Position numbers and translations under genes: made by a program. Shown here one piece after another: positions 12,591-26,200 of a DNA stretch of 64,000 nucleotides. Every line of letters starts with the position of its first letter. Position 1 is the stretch's first letter. Origin of the DNA: Felis catus. Its lineage: Eukaryota. The notes beneath the pieces are model-generated. The model was not told the origin of the DNA. It worked only from the letters and a program-made list of their open reading frames with translations, and made no database searches. Location of the stretch: assembly GCF_018350175.1 (NCBI RefSeq), contig NC_058368.1:213902001-213966000 (forward strand). Direction: 5' to 3'.

Positions 12591-12822
12591 TCGCTCCCCA
12601 AGTAGGGAGAAAAAGAGAGCTCGTTGGGAGGAAGAAAAAGACAGATGGAGTGACAGCCAGAGCTCTGGCAAAGAGAAGAATTATACCTCAATCAAGGAAA
12701 AAGAGCCAGAGGAGACACTGCCTGACAAAAATGAGGAGGAGGAAGAAGAACTTCTTAAGCCGGTGTGGATTCGATGCACCCACTCAGAAAACTACTACTC
12801 GAGTGACCCCATGGATCAAGTG
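12591..12822 (+). CDS. DROSHA: DROSHA coding exon, 232 nt (RSPSREKKRARWEEE...YYSSDPMDQV)
   Basis: ccttttaaag|T CGC TCC...CAA GTG|gtaggt. Confidence 0.97.
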
Positions 12823-12843
12823 GTAGGTCTGAGAAGCGATGAC

Positions 12844-13038
12844 CAGGGTTTCTCAACTTTGGCACCTTCAGCATTGGGAGTTGGGTAATTCTTTGTGGTG
12901 GGTGCCGTCCTGTACATTGTAAGATGTTCAGCAGCCTCTCTGAGTTCTGTGCACAGGATACTCCCCAGTTGTGAACCCAAAGCTGTCTTCAGACATTGCC
13001 AAATGCCCTCCACCCCTCTCCCCAGTGGAGAAACACTG
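12844..13038. mobile_element. MER20 hAT-Charlie DNA transposon
   Basis: cagggtttctcaactttggcac...taattctttgtggtggg...cagacattgccaaatg...gagaaacactg. Confidence 0.85.
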
Positions 13039-14289
13039 CTGTAGACCAAAGCTGTCTTCCACAACCAAAGGCAAGAGTGCGGTAGATTAAAGTATCTCTT
13101 CGTTCTGCATTTTTATAACACTGTTAGTCTTGGTAATGGTGGTTTTCTAAGTTCTCACGCATAACTGCTTTATGCAGTTTGTGGTTGTGTTTGTATGTAC
13201 ATTTCCCCCCCAACATGGGAAATAAGGAAGACTTTGAGTTTGTCTCTTAGAAGTCTGACCTTGACCAGAGATAACCACAGGAAGTTTCCCATGCATATTG
13301 GCTGGTTTTGTGGAATGGCAGGGGTTATCACCCTTCATGGGCTCTTGAGAGAGCCTGTGCACAGGCTGCTCAAGGGGAGGTTCCTGGGCTCTGCAGCCCA
13401 TGTGGAGTCTTTGTTGTGTCAGACTCCATGACTTCCTCTTTCGTATGCTTGTTTCTTTTGCCTTTTTTATCTTTTATCTTCATTTTATTTTTGGTCACTC
13501 TCTGTTTAGTCTCTCTCTTTCTCCAGGTAGGTGTTAGGACTCCATCCCATTAATTTAGGCCTATTTGCCACAGGGTAGACACAGAGTGACGCTCATTGAT
13601 TAGATGGATGAGTGAAGGAATGATCGTCTATAGGTCTGAGATGTAAGTGGTTGGAGATGGTAGATTTTGTGTATGGGGTTAGATAAAAGAACATTCTGTT
13701 TGGAATTTTGTGGAAATAGCTTCTACTTGGCTTGGGCTCTTATCTGTAGAGAACGTAAAAGTAGACTCTCTTGTCTTTGGGAAAAAGAATTTGAGAAATC
13801 TCATGATGCTGTGATATTTTACTTGATAAATTAGAGCAGGGTTTTAAGTCATGGTTCATGTGATACAGGAAAGGGAAAGCTCATGCTGAGCATTTTATGG
13901 TGCAACTTTACTCGTGCTTCACATATCTTACTTAATTCTGAAAACAGTCCTGGAAAGAAGGTATCTGTTGGTTAAGCATGTTTGTAAATTATAATACTTG
14001 GCGAATTGTGACTTAAACTGTGAGCCAGGTTTGTTTTTCTCAACAAGTTGTCTGGAAGGAAGTGGTGGCTGGTGTATATTTAGTGGCTCAGTGATGGCAG
14101 AGCTGGCTCTAGTTTGCTATCTGCTGTTTTTGGAGCATCCACTGTGAGTTGCAGGGTGACTGCAGGTGTCATGTTCTTACACATGTCTGTCCAGACACAG
14201 GATGCAAGGGCAGTGCTGTGTGGGGCCCAGCGTACCCATGGATCTTTCCTTCTATTCCTTCCCCAGAACTGTATCATATGTCTTTCCCA

Positions 14290-14860
14290 GGGCTTCATTT
14301 TCCATTGCTGCCATAACAAATTTCCACAGACTTTAGAGCTTACCACAGCACACATTTATTATCTCACAGCTCTGTAAGTCAGAAGTCAAACTTAGGTGTT
14401 GCTGGCTGAATCAAACAAGGCTGTGCTCCTTTCTGGAGAGAATCTGTTTTCTTGGCTCATTCAGGTTATAGGCAGAGTTCAGTTCCTTGTGGCTATAGGA
14501 TGGTCCTTGCGTCCTTGTTGGCTGGCTGATGAAGGCTGTTTTCACCATCCTGAGGTCATGTGCATCCCTTGGCTCATAGGTCCCTTCCTTCATCTTCAAA
14601 ACCAGTAGTGCAGGTCGCGTGTCTCTTGTGCTTTGAGGATCTCCAGCCTCTTCTTCCCTTGCACCTCTGATTCCATTTCGAAAGGTTCTCTGCTTTTAAG
14701 GGCTCATATTAGATTGGGCCCACCCAGATAATCCAGGATAATATCTTCTTCTCAAAGTCTGTAACCTTAATCACTATCTGCGAAGTTTTTTCTGCCACAT
14801 AAGGTAACATACTCAGTTCCTGGGTGTTAAGGCAGGGACATCTTTGAGGGTCAGAGGGGA
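14290..14860. mobile_element. MaLR solo LTR (MLT1 family)
   Basis: attgctgccataacaaattt...cacatttattatctcacagctctg...ttagattgggcccacccagataatccaggataat...ataaggtaacata. Confidence 0.85.
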
Positions 14861-15509
14861 ACTCTAAACCCACTTTTCCTAAGACCAGGAATTCTCTACC
14901 CCAAATCTGAAGGGAATCATGGTTCTTTTAGCAAAGAAGAAAAGGAGAATGGCTGCCATGGATATTATTCTTAAAATAAAATAGCAAAGGTTCAAAGAGT
15001 TTACACAGGCAGTTTTTTTTTCTTATATATTTTATGAGTATATTAAAATTGGTGTAGAAGGAAGGCTAATAAACTAAGCCCAACGTTTGCCTTTGTGTTT
15101 TGTCATCTGGTGCAGAGAGGTGGCAAGAATGTCAGCTGTCCTCGCATTGCCAGTGTCAGTAATGAGCTGGGGCTTTGAAAAGCAATTATCCTCTTTTGGG
15201 ATAACTGCAGATTTTATGATTTGCTTTAATTTGCTTTTTCTGTCTGATAGGTCTGGTCTTTACATTTTGGAAATTACTAAGTTGAAGAATATGGACATTT
15301 AAAGTGATTTCATCCTGGGAAGAGAGAGTGGGGGAAAGTGGAGAGTTTCCTCTAGGAATGCATTGTAGAATCCTGTGTTTCTGGAGTGTGGGTGTGTTGG
15401 TGTATGGGTGTGCGCACATGAGTGTGCATGTATGTGTGTGTGTGTGTCTGTGTTCCTGTGTTTTATAGGGTGTATTTGTGGGGGAGGGGATCTATGTTTC
15501 TTCTTGAAA

Positions 15510-15705
15510 AAAATTTTTTGAGTATAATTGACAATGTTACATTAGTTTCAGGTGTGCTACATAGTGATTCAACATCTTTGTTATGCTGTGGTCACAAGTG
15601 TAGCTACCATCTGTCACCATGCAATGCCAATGTCACCATCGCAATGTCATTGACTGTATTCCCTATGCTGTGCCTTTTACTCCTGTGACTTCTTCATTCC
15701 ATAAG
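15510..15705 (-). mobile_element. L1 3'-end fragment (carnivore/L1MA-like)
   Basis: tttgagtataattgac...attagtttcaggtgt...atagtgattcaaca...ttccctatgctgtgcctttt. Confidence 0.8.
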
Positions 15706-16107
15706 GATATTTATGTTTGATCATTGGGTTGATATGGAAGATAGACTATCAGTGATTTTCAGTAGTGGGGAAATGTATGTTCCCTAGCAGAGTGTCAGAT
15801 ATCATGAATTCTTGGGTGGCGGGGGTCATGATTTATTTTTTCATATCAAAAGGCATAGGTGAACAGTTTTTTATATTTCTTCTGAATGTTGGCAAGTACA
15901 TTTTCCTGAAGATTGTGTTAGCCATAAATGTTGTGTGTGATTCAGAACACCCATGCCAGCATTGGCCATTTTGTTTTTAAATGTTTGTTAAATTGAAGGA
16001 AATGGCATCTTGCTGTTACAAATCCTTGATTATTTGTGAGGTTGTATGTATCTTTGGTATGGCTATTACTAATGTAGTTCCTAATGTTGATTCTTTATTT
16101 TTCAAAG

Positions 16108-16249
16108 GGAGATTCTACTGTGGTTGGAACAAGTAGGCTCCGTGACTTATACGACAAATTTGAGGAAGAACTGGGGAGTAGGCAAGAAAAGGCCAAAGCT
16201 GCTAGACCTCCGTGGGAGCCTCCTAAGACGAAGCTAGATGAAGATTTGG
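16108..16249 (+). CDS. DROSHA: DROSHA coding exon, 142 nt (GDSTVVGTSRLRDLYDK...KLDEDL)
   Basis: ttcaaag|GGA GAT...TTG G|gtgagt. Confidence 0.97.
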
Positions 16250-16899
16250 GTGAGTTAGAAGTTACGAGACCAAGGCCCTGTGCTTCTGTTACTGCTTAAA
16301 CCTTGGCTTTGGGGATATGTTCTTGAGAGTCGTATATTGAAATTTCCTCTTTTTCATTTATTTTCCTTAACTATAGTAGCAATATATATAAAAGTAGAAC
16401 TTTCTCTGTTTTGATCTTATTTTTCCTTAGTTGCATTCAGCAGAATACATAAGCGATCTCATTTGTAAGGCATGCTAACAATTGTGTCCCTTGTAGAATT
16501 GTCCAGTCTTAGAATCAGCACCATAGTCCAGCCTCTTCACCAGAAGCAGGAGTCTGTTCCCTGTCACCTGTGCCTCTAATGGGCAGGCATTCCCTTGTGG
16601 CTCTCTCCACTGCCAGGGAGCTCCTGCTTTGATGAGGAAATGCCAGCTGTAGGCCAGTTCTGATTGAAGGTTTCTCTCAACTCATATGGATAGTTTCCAT
16701 AACTTTATCATGTGGTGATCTATTTTTTTTTTCATATGTATTATGAGGTTCCAAGTAGATGCTGAGATCTTTGAGGATAAAAACTGCTTTTCACCACTTT
16801 GCAGCCTTAGCCCCTAACAGAAAGCCATTCATAGATCAGGCACTCCCTGTGCCTTTTCCCTGTCTTCTGGCTCTCATCTGCCACCTTCATTTTCCCAGC

Positions 16900-17060
16900 T
16901 GAGAGGCAGTGTCCATGGTGGGTAAAAGCACTGACTGAACCTCAGTTCAGACTCCTGCTCAGCCACTTGCTATATGACCTTGGGCAAGTGATTTCATTCT
17001 CTCCATGCCTTACTTTTCTCATCTATAAAAGGAGGATGAACAGCGTCTATCTCATGCAGT
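16900..17060 (+). mobile_element. MIR
   Basis: gccacttgcta...tgaccttgggcaagtgatttcattctctccatgcct...tctcatctataaaa core. Confidence 0.75.
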
Positions 17061-17167
17061 ACTCAAGAATCCAACCATGTCGGGGTTGGGTTTTATTACT
17101 GTGATGTACTGTTAATCTCTTGTAGGAGTAATGTAAGTTCTGGGTCTGTTTTTTCATAAATATATAT

Positions 17168-17362
17168 ATTTTTAAGTTTATTTATTTATTTTGAGAGAGA
17201 GAGAACATGAGCAGGGGAGGCGCAGAGAGAGGAAGAGAGTGAGAATCCCAAGCAGGCTCCGCACTGTCAGCTCAGAGCCCAGTGCGGGGCTCAAACTCAC
17301 AAACTATGAGATCATGACCTGAGCTGATATCAGAGTCACCGACTAAGCCACTCAGGCACCCC
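17168..17362 (-). mobile_element. CanSINE
   Basis: Typical body; TSD ggtctgtttttt. Confidence 0.95.
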
Positions 17363-17374
17363 TAGGTCTGTTTT

Positions 17375-17665
17375 TTTATTTATGGTAAAATACACAGAAC
17401 AGTAAATGTACCATTTAGTCATTTTGTAAGTATACAGTTCAGTAGTATTGAGACTATTTACATTGTGTGCTGTCTCCAGAACTCATTTTGCTCAGCTGAA
17501 ACTCTGTATCCATTAACTCCCCAGTCCCTCCTTCCACCTAGCCTCAGGCAACTACTGTGCTACTTTCTATTTCTATGAATACGACTACTCTAGGTACCTC
17601 ATAGAAGTAGACTCACGTAGTATTTGTCTTTTTGTGACTGGCTTATATCACTTATCATAATCCTT
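17375..17665 (-). mobile_element. L1 3'-end fragment (L1MA/L1MB-like)
   Basis: tggtaaaatacaca...gtatacagttcagtagtatt...ctaggtacctcat...tttgtctttttgtgactggcttat. Confidence 0.8.
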
Positions 17666-18009
17666 AGTCTGTTTTTATCCAGTCACTTTCAAGGACTAAA
17701 ATCTTTTATTGCTACTATGGGGAGGAGAAAATAATTTAAAATCTTCAGTCTGGTACTCAGAACCTTCAGTCTGGCGTTTGTGACACTTAAACCCCTTACC
17801 TCCTGGTATTTTTCTGTGGGGCCTTTGTCCAGTGCTTGTGCTCCTCCCTCCATGCTTTTGCCTGAGTGCCCCCTTTGCATTCTTTTCCTCTTACCCGCTC
17901 ATCAGCCAAACTCCATCCCATCCGTGTGCCTGGGTCATGTGCACCTCTTCCAGGAAATCTCAGTGACCTGAGTCAGGGTAGACTCGCCCTTTTCTGAATT
18001 ACTACACCT

Positions 18010-18036
18010 ATCTATCTTTCTATCTATCTATCTATC

Positions 18037-18080
<44 letters not shown>

Positions 18081-18082
18081 TT
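18010..18082. repeat. Compound (TCTA)n(TTA)n microsatellite
   Basis: Directly visible; flanked by the 10-bp direct repeat tactacacct. Confidence 0.95.
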
Positions 18083-18344
18083 ACTACTACACCTTTTTAA
18101 ATGTGAGACTCCATACCGCTGCTGTGGTTTACATTTTCCCTGGCATTGTTCATTAGGTCTTTCTCTAAAACTCTTGTTTTCATTGCTTTCTTAACTAGAT
18201 TGTGACTTAGCAGTATGGGCTGCATTATTTTCCTGGTATTGCCTAGCAGAGTGCTTGGTGTGGAATAGGCTCCCAAATGTTTACTGAAAGAAAAAACAAT
18301 TGTAAATTTCTTCATCTTCTCTGTTTTCCCTTGCCCTGTATTAG

Positions 18345-18499
18345 AGAGTTCCAGTGAATCCGAATGTGAGTCTGATGAGGACAGCACCTGTTCTAGCAGC
18401 TCAGACTCTGAAGTTTTTGATGTCATTGCGGAAATAAAACGTAAAAAAGCCCACCCTGACCGACTTCACGATGAACTTTGGTACAATGACCCAGGCCAG
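18345..18499 (+). CDS. DROSHA: DROSHA coding exon, 155 nt (SSSESECESDEDS...LWYNDPGQ)
   Basis: gtattag|AG AGT TCC...GGC CAG|gtgcgc. Confidence 0.97.
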
Positions 18500-19888
18500 G
18501 TGCGCATGTTTTTATGCCGTGTTCTTGCTACAAAGGTTGCAAACCCACACATCACATTTATGACTCCGGGCTCAGAAGATGCATGTTGGCTAGTATGAAA
18601 ACTGAATTTTACTCTCAGGGTGTGTGTCATCCCTCAGAGCTTATTCCTCTTCAGCTTCAGAGTTCGGCACCAAAGCATAAGTACCAGAGCAACTGTCTCT
18701 TGAATCATGTTTGACGGTGTTTGTAAATTCCATGTTAGGGAGCAGGATAATGGTGCTGCCTCATTAAAGTTGCAGTAAACGGAAAGAGACAAATGGTAGG
18801 CTGAGGGAGAGAGCACTTGTAGGTCTTTTTAAAAGCAATTCATCTGGAAGGTATCTTGCAGCAATATAGTAAACAATAAGTCCTGTAAGACTTCATATTT
18901 CTTAGCTGGTAATAGTCATAATTACTTATAAGTTCTTTTCCTATTAAGCATTTTTGAGCTAACGATGTCATGGCTGGACATAATTATTTTTATTTTTACT
19001 TACTGTTTTATTATGAAGTAATACTTAATACCAAATAGTATCTTTATAAAAGATTTATTTTACAAATATACAACACCTGCAAAAATAGTATCTTTAATGC
19101 ACATGAAGTTATTAAGCTTAATAAAACATACACCTATAAAAAGATACTTTATATTAATTTGAATGCTTTTCTGGTTCTTATTAGATGACTGCTATCTAAG
19201 TGGTTTGTTGGATTTTTTTTTATACAATTAATATAGTTGGAGTACCTGAACAGAAATGTATTTTGTGGTGCTTTTTGCTCTCTTGGAATTGAGCAGAAAT
19301 GTTTAAAAATTGCAAATGTGTTTTGAAACTTACTTTGATTTATTAACCATGTATATGATCTCTGTGAATAGCTTTACTGAGTTATAATTCACATACCATC
19401 CAGTTTACACACTTAAAGTATACAATTCATTTTTTGTGTTTCTGTTCACAAGATTTAACAGTCATCATCACAATTTAATTCTAGAACATTTTTGTTTCCC
19501 TGGAAAGAAATCCTGTGTCCATTAGTTGTCCCTCCCCTTTCCTCATGTGTGGTCTTTTTAATGCACATAGTTCTATCAGGAAGCCTATCCCTCAATTTAT
19601 GTCCATTCTTATTTTTATTAGAGATTACAGAGGCTTCCAATATAGATAGTCTCACTCTTCTGTTTACTGTTTAGTTTCGTGTCCTCTGTACAGTTGAACC
19701 TTGTAAAGTGCTGATTTGCACTGGGGCCAAGACTCTGGTAAAAGGCAGGAATTAGGATGTCTGTCTACATCCTTGCAAATCAGTGAGGATGAAGTGATTT
19801 TTCTACTGACCAGCATTAGGAGTGTGTTGTGATTTTTGAGGGAATCCCATCACATCACTGTTTGCCAGCTGTTACTTTGAATAATAAC

Positions 19889-20089
19889 TTTTTTTAATGT
19901 TTATTTTTGAGAGAGAGAGAGAGAGAGAGAGCATGAGCTGGGGAAGGGCAGAGAGGGAGACACAGAATCTGAAGCAGCCTCCAGGCTCTGAGCTGTCAGC
20001 ACAGAGCCCGACGTGGGCTCAAACCTACAGACCATGAGATCACGACCTGAGCCAAAGTTAGAGGGTTAACTGAGCCACTGAGGTGCCCC
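19889..20089 (-). mobile_element. CanSINE (felid type)
   Basis: cacagaatctgaagcag...ccaggctctgagctgtcagcacagagcccga; TSD tgaataata. Confidence 0.95.
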
Positions 20090-21429
20090 TGAATAATATC
20101 TTAATGTGATTTTTTTTTTTTTTTTTTACATAGCAATGTTATTCCTCTGCTGTGCTACCTGAAGCTTTAGATTTCACAAAAGGATAAAGAAAGTTATAGT
20201 TTTTCATTTTAATACTTTTCAAAGTTTTATTGAGACATTTTCCTTGGATGTGAGTTATAAATCCCTAGAACTTTAAAGAAACGTGTGTTATGTGTGTGTT
20301 GTGTACATGCATATGTATATATATACATATATATAACATATACATATTAACACATACATATTTTATAATTAATACCGAGAAAGTGAGAGATGGATTCTCC
20401 CTTCTCCAAACTGATGCTCTCTGGTCTTTTGATTCACTGTTACCATCTGTATTGAATAAACTCACGAAACTGGCTTTTAAAGCCCTTGATGATTTTGACC
20501 TCAGTTCTGCTTCTGTAGTCTTCTTGCTGACGTAAATGATCTATTCTGTTTAGATGGGTCTCATGTCCCTGGAGCATAACATAGGATTTCTTCCTTCCCT
20601 TTTTTTCTCATGCTGGTGCCTTGTGTAGAATAGCCATCTTCTCCTGTCCTGTTCTGCCTTTCACATTTTGTTTCTGAAGCCAGTGGTATCTCCACCTGGA
20701 CTTTTTTCCTTTTTCTTTAAATTACTAAGTATATCATATGTATGTTATCTCTCCTGTATAGAATAAATATTCCTTGAATACCTGAGTTATTTGTCACCCT
20801 CCTTCCCCCCACAATGCTTAGCAACCATCTTTCTGCCCAAGAGGCGCTCAGGAATTATTCACTCATCTTATCATGTGGGTGCAGTTCATGGCAGTAAAAC
20901 GAATTCAGGTGAAAAAACAGATGTTGACTCACCTGATTAGCACTGAGCTAATGCTACTCTGCTTCTAGTGGCATTTTTTTCCCTCTCTGCTTTAGATACG
21001 TTTAGGTTTCTCTTTTGGAAACATTAAATCTGGAGGTCACCTTCAAAGCATTCTGTGTGTTCCTTCAGGGTATAAAATATGCTTTTCTTTTGTGAAAGAG
21101 TCATTTTTCCTGAAATAAGAAATAGGAGAAACACACTGAAAAGTGGTAAGAGAAGATGGGGGCAAACAGTGCAGTGACATTGATATTTTCTGCTTGGTTG
21201 CACAAATAACTTGGGAATCCAGCGGTGTCATACAGTTTCCCTTTATCAGACAATATAGACAGTTTGCAGCTTTATTGGTTTTGGAACATCCGTTTAATCT
21301 TCTAACCGTGACAGCCTCTTCAGAGCTTCCGTACTCATGACATTAAAACCCACACAGTTTCTGAGGCATCATTGTGCATGGTGTGGATTTTCCCCCCAAT
21401 AAAAAAGAATTACATTCTGTTTCTGACAG

Positions 21430-21510
21430 ATGAATGATGGGCCACTCTGCAAATGCAGCGCCAAAGCGAGACGCACAGGAATTAGGCACAGCATTTATCC
21501 TGGAGAAGAG
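21430..21510 (+). CDS. DROSHA: DROSHA coding exon, 81 nt (MNDGPLCKCSAKARRTGIRHSIYPGEE)
   Basis: ctgacag|ATG AAT...GAA GAG|gtaacc. Confidence 0.97.
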
Positions 21511-23174
21511 GTAACCGATTTGGGTTATTATATTTGTAAGTGCTGAGAAGCCAGAAGTAGACAGATGCTGTTGCTGTTCTTTTCCCATAAATGAAATAAT
21601 ACCATCAAAATAGTCTTTTTATCTTCCCCTAATAGTCTCTGTTACTGATAATTGGAGAAGAAAAGTACTTGGGTTTTGGGGTGGGAGTAGGGAATGTTAT
21701 CAAGGAAACTTAAAAACGTTTGGAAGTTTCATTATTTGAAATAGGCAGGGTGTATTTGAGGGGTTTTTGTTGTTATTCATATCTTAAAACTGTGCATACA
21801 GTGAAATTTTTCATGTTTTCTTATAAATGGTTATGAGTTACCTTGGAAAAATGATCTTACTAAGGCACGTGTTCTCTTACCTTTGGGGTATGTAAGGGTC
21901 TGCTGTTGTCTTCGTTAGTCTTTGTTAGTCTGTTGTCCTCACTGACTGAGTGGTGTGTGAACTGTTTTACCCTGTGCCCCATCCCCTGGTTCATCAAGGA
22001 CACTCCAGATATGTCGAACCGAATGAGTTGAATACTTTATATCATAGAGTTACATGTAGTTGCTCCCTTTCAATGATTTTCCATCATTTCCCCCCGCCAT
22101 CTTTTATTTTATGTTACTCTTATTAATCCCAGATGGTCACTTAATGATTCAGCACATTATATTTAAAAATAGTATGTGTAAATCCTTAATTACTATTTAA
22201 AACTTGTTTGGGGCTATAATAATAATTAGAATCAAGACTATGAGACAATGATGGATATTTTTAACCACTTCCTTGCTTTTACCTCATTTGTCTTTGAGTA
22301 CCAGCAAGTGTAGCTAGGAACTGAGGGGCAGGATCTGCACCTTGTGAGTGTCCACACCTGTGCTTCAGACGCGGCTCTCTGAAAGCGGGTGCTGAGTAGA
22401 GTTTGCGATGTGAGATGTTTCATGGGGTTTAGGCAAGAAGAGAGTGGAGGCAGGATTGAGCAAAGGGAGAAGTTCACCAGTGGTGGACAGGTGTCTTAAA
22501 GCCAGAATTACTGGAATTGTCTTACATCAGGCTGGCATAGCCTTCACACCCCCACTGCCCTCTGTCCCTAAAGCAGGCTGCCCCAGGAAGGGCATGATCT
22601 TGGGGGAGGGGGCTCTGTAGCAGAGGCAGACCCTGAAAGAGCTGGTAGCTATAGGCTGTCTGCTGTCCTCACAGCTGGGCAGCAGGCCCTTCCTTGAAGG
22701 AAGATCCAGGTGGCTGGCTGTGCTGACTGAAGACCTGTGGGAAGACAGGCCCATACTCAGTACATGTTTATTCCTGTGAGAGCAAACTCCTGGCCCTTTC
22801 AAGATGGATGGGGCCTGTGTCGTCAAGTGCATACTAAGTGGCAGGTTAGTCTCCTCAAGGAATGGTGCCATTTGAGGGGCCCATCATTGGTCATTGTAGA
22901 TGGCCTGTTGGATGTTGGGCATTGGCAGTCAGCTTAGCCAGCTTAGCCTTGATAAGTCAGGTCCATGCTGTTGGGCTCATGTGCTACTGTGGCCACTTGA
23001 TTCATGTGCCCATACTGTCAACTCTGGGTAGCTGACAACTGAGGCTGGCTGACTCCATCTGACCGAGTCATATGTCAGTCAGGTGGTTTAGTACCTCTTC
23101 TGTGGTGTGTGCTGTCTGATGTACACTTGGCATCACTCACTCCCACTTGTTCACTCACAGGTCTACCCAAGACC

Positions 23175-23290
23175 TTTCTTTTTTTGATTAAAACAATTTT
23201 TTAAGTAATCTCTATACCCAGCGTGGGGCTCAACCTCAAAACCCTGAGATCAAGAGTCACATGCTGCACCGATTTAGCCAGCCAGGCACC
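23175..23290 (-). mobile_element. Short CanSINE inserted in the ERVL
   Basis: aagtaatctctataccca...gagatcaagagtcacatgc...ccagccaggcacc; TSD tctaccc(c)aagacctt. Confidence 0.9.
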
Positions 23291-26200
23291 TCTACCCCAA
23301 GACCTTCTTATCCCTCATCTTCCAATCTTTTTCCTTCTAGGCCTCTGACCAGCTGGCATGGCCACTTGCTTCTGCCATGAGTCCATCTATATTCTAACCT
23401 CAGGCTACTTTTCCCCCACAAAGTGGATGACCAGGTACATTGCCTGAAACTCTGCTCACTGGGAAGACTTCCCCTCATCGCTGTCTTTCATATTCCTCCC
23501 TGAACAAGGCTGCGGCACAGTCCGTCTTTGGCTTGCTCCCCCATCCCTGACAGACTCATCTGCAAACCAAGCTTGGGCTTTTCCCTCTGCTTTCATCCTT
23601 CTGTCCTCAGCCATCGGCTGAGGGAGGGGCGCTCGTGCAGCAGTGGTGGGCCACCTGCTTGCGCAGCTTGTTTGTGCCTGCTGCTCCCGTGTGTGCCTGA
23701 TTCTGGACGTACGGCCTCTGTCTTGGGATGGAATGTTGCTGGTCCCTTCCAAACTTCTGCCTGGGTGAGACTGACAGAACCCAGCTTCTGATGGGCACTT
23801 CAGCCACATGTCTGTTTCTGTCCCTTGGCCGTGCCTTCCATATCCACCAGGGCCCACTAGCACACTGGGGGTTGTTTTTCAAAGGCATATAATTCTTTAC
23901 TACAGATGGCATGGCTTTGCCCCAGAACCCCACATACCAGCATTATGATTCTCCCACTATGGCCGCAGACTCCCCTCAGCATCCTTTCCTGCCAACAATG
24001 TAGGATTTGCTGAGTATTGTGGCCCCTGCATCAGGGCTGCTCTCACTACAGCTTGGAACTGCCGAAGCCTTTGTCGCTGGAGCCACGCTCAAAGCTGGCT
24101 GCTTTTTGTGCCACTCTGTGAATGGGCTGGAGCAATATCCCTGGGTGGGGGTGTACTGCCCCCTGAGCCCAGAGAGGCCCGCCTGGTGTTGTGCTTTCTT
24201 CTTCATTGTAGGAGGTGGACAATGCAATCATTTGTCTTTTACTTTGGACTGATATCTTGGCATTGAGATCATTGGCTCTTAAAAATGGTGTGGCTGTGGT
24301 AGACCCTGGAGTCTTGGTGGGGTTTATCTCTCCCCCTCCAGAGCACGCGTGCTTTGCCAGGGCTTTTAGATGATAAACATGATGTCATAGATGTAGTGGA
24401 ACATTACAACGTTCTGCAGTATGTCCAGAAGGTCGAGAGTTCCTTGGACTGTTGTGACAGTGAGTGGGAGAGTTAATACAGCCTGGCAGCAAAACTGTAA
24501 ATGTTGTCTTTTCTGTGTGAATGAACATAGAATGCGAACCATTTCTTATCTTCATTCCGATTGGGATGGAAAAGAATACATTCAGCAAATCAGTTCCTAT
24601 ACACTTTGTACCTGGGCTCATATTAATCAGCTCTATGCCGTAGCACCTGGCGCAGCTGGTACAGTCTGAGGTACTATGTGGTTGAGCTTGTGGTGGTCTG
24701 TAGTCATCCTCCAGGATCCATTTGTTAAACAAAGCTATGATGAAGATCGTCACTCCTGAGTCTTTGGATCCTTAAGGATGGCACTAATCTACACCATCCC
24801 CCCAGAGTGATACTGTTTTTGATACCTGTGTTGGGAATGGCGGTAACTTCGGTGGTTTCTGCTTGACCTTTCCCATTATGATGGCTCTTACTCCTCTTCT
24901 AGAGCAAGGACCCAGTGTGGAGTGGTGCCATCTGCCAGTTTTGTCAAAGACAATGAAACATTCAGGGACAAGGGGAAACGCTCACTGGACAGATCTGTGT
25001 AGTCAGTGGACCTACTGTAAGCCAGACCTTGACCAAGATTCCATTTGTTACCTTAGCCTTTATATCACCCACTCTAATGTGTACTAGGGTGATCTATCTA
25101 GTCTCCTCCAAGTATCAGTGTTGATTCAGATGCTGTGTCCAACACTCCTTGAACACTCTGGATTCCCCTTTCCCCAACGTACAGTTATTTGGGTAAATGA
25201 CTGTATACCCTTTGGTGGAAGGACACAGTTGTCCTGTCCTGTCTAGGTCTAGTAGGGCCCCCTTCCGCCTGTAGGCCTGGAACTGGGTAAGGGATCATGA
25301 CTTTCTGTTGGGGCAGCCTACCTTCAGCCTCTTGGTTATCCTTTCTTGATTCTTTTGGTGGTACAAACTAAGTATTATTTTTGCTAGCTACCCATTCATT
25401 TTACCTAAGGACACCATGTTCTGTTAACTACTTCTGTGACTCTCTGTGAACCAGACCCCTTTGGTTGCTATTTTGATTTTGCTGGTTATAATGAGACCTG
25501 GTTTCTAACAATTAGTCCCATCATCTTGCCTCCCTTGTTTCAGAGTCTTGTCATCCACATTGCTATCAGCAAGCTCTCCTCTGTGACCACCTCTCTTACA
25601 GTCAGCCCTGGCCTGCAGAGAAGGCCACCACTGATCTTCCTAGTGAGGCTGGTGCCCCTTCACCAACACATTCCTTTTGGCCTTTGGCATGTGCTCTGGG
25701 ACTTCCCACGGAATATGAGAATCTGGTGTATTTTTCAGTTACAGATAATATTTCTATTCCAATGTGCCCACTTCCTTGAGTCTTTGAACTACTTCCTTCT
25801 CTGTTACAACAATTTTGGCATTTTAACTTCACTCATCGTGGACCATTGCTTTTTCATGCTTTTAGGAGACATCCTAGTAGGCAGTTCCTAACATCTGGTG
25901 TCCTTGAATCCTGAATGTTCCCAAGTCAATTAACTCTTTCCTAACTACTGTTTTGTTCTGGCCCTGTTGGTCAACCACTCTCATCTGGTCCCATGCAGAC
26001 TCTTGCTGCTGGCACATGCTGACTAGTTCTTGCAGTTCCTTTGAGATATAACCTCTCCTCTCAGCACCTCCCCAGCTGGGTTATGCTGTGACCTAATTAT
26101 AGGTCTGTTGGCCGGGAGGGGAGACTGATGGGTGCTGGGACAGGGGGAGGTAGTGTTGCCTTACAGGGACATTGCCTTCAGACACAGGTGAGTGCTTGCT

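Noticed and set aside
22527..25891. ERVL-region ORFs as a domesticated retroviral gene
   Set aside because: Motifs are split across frames with many stops; no long intact ORF
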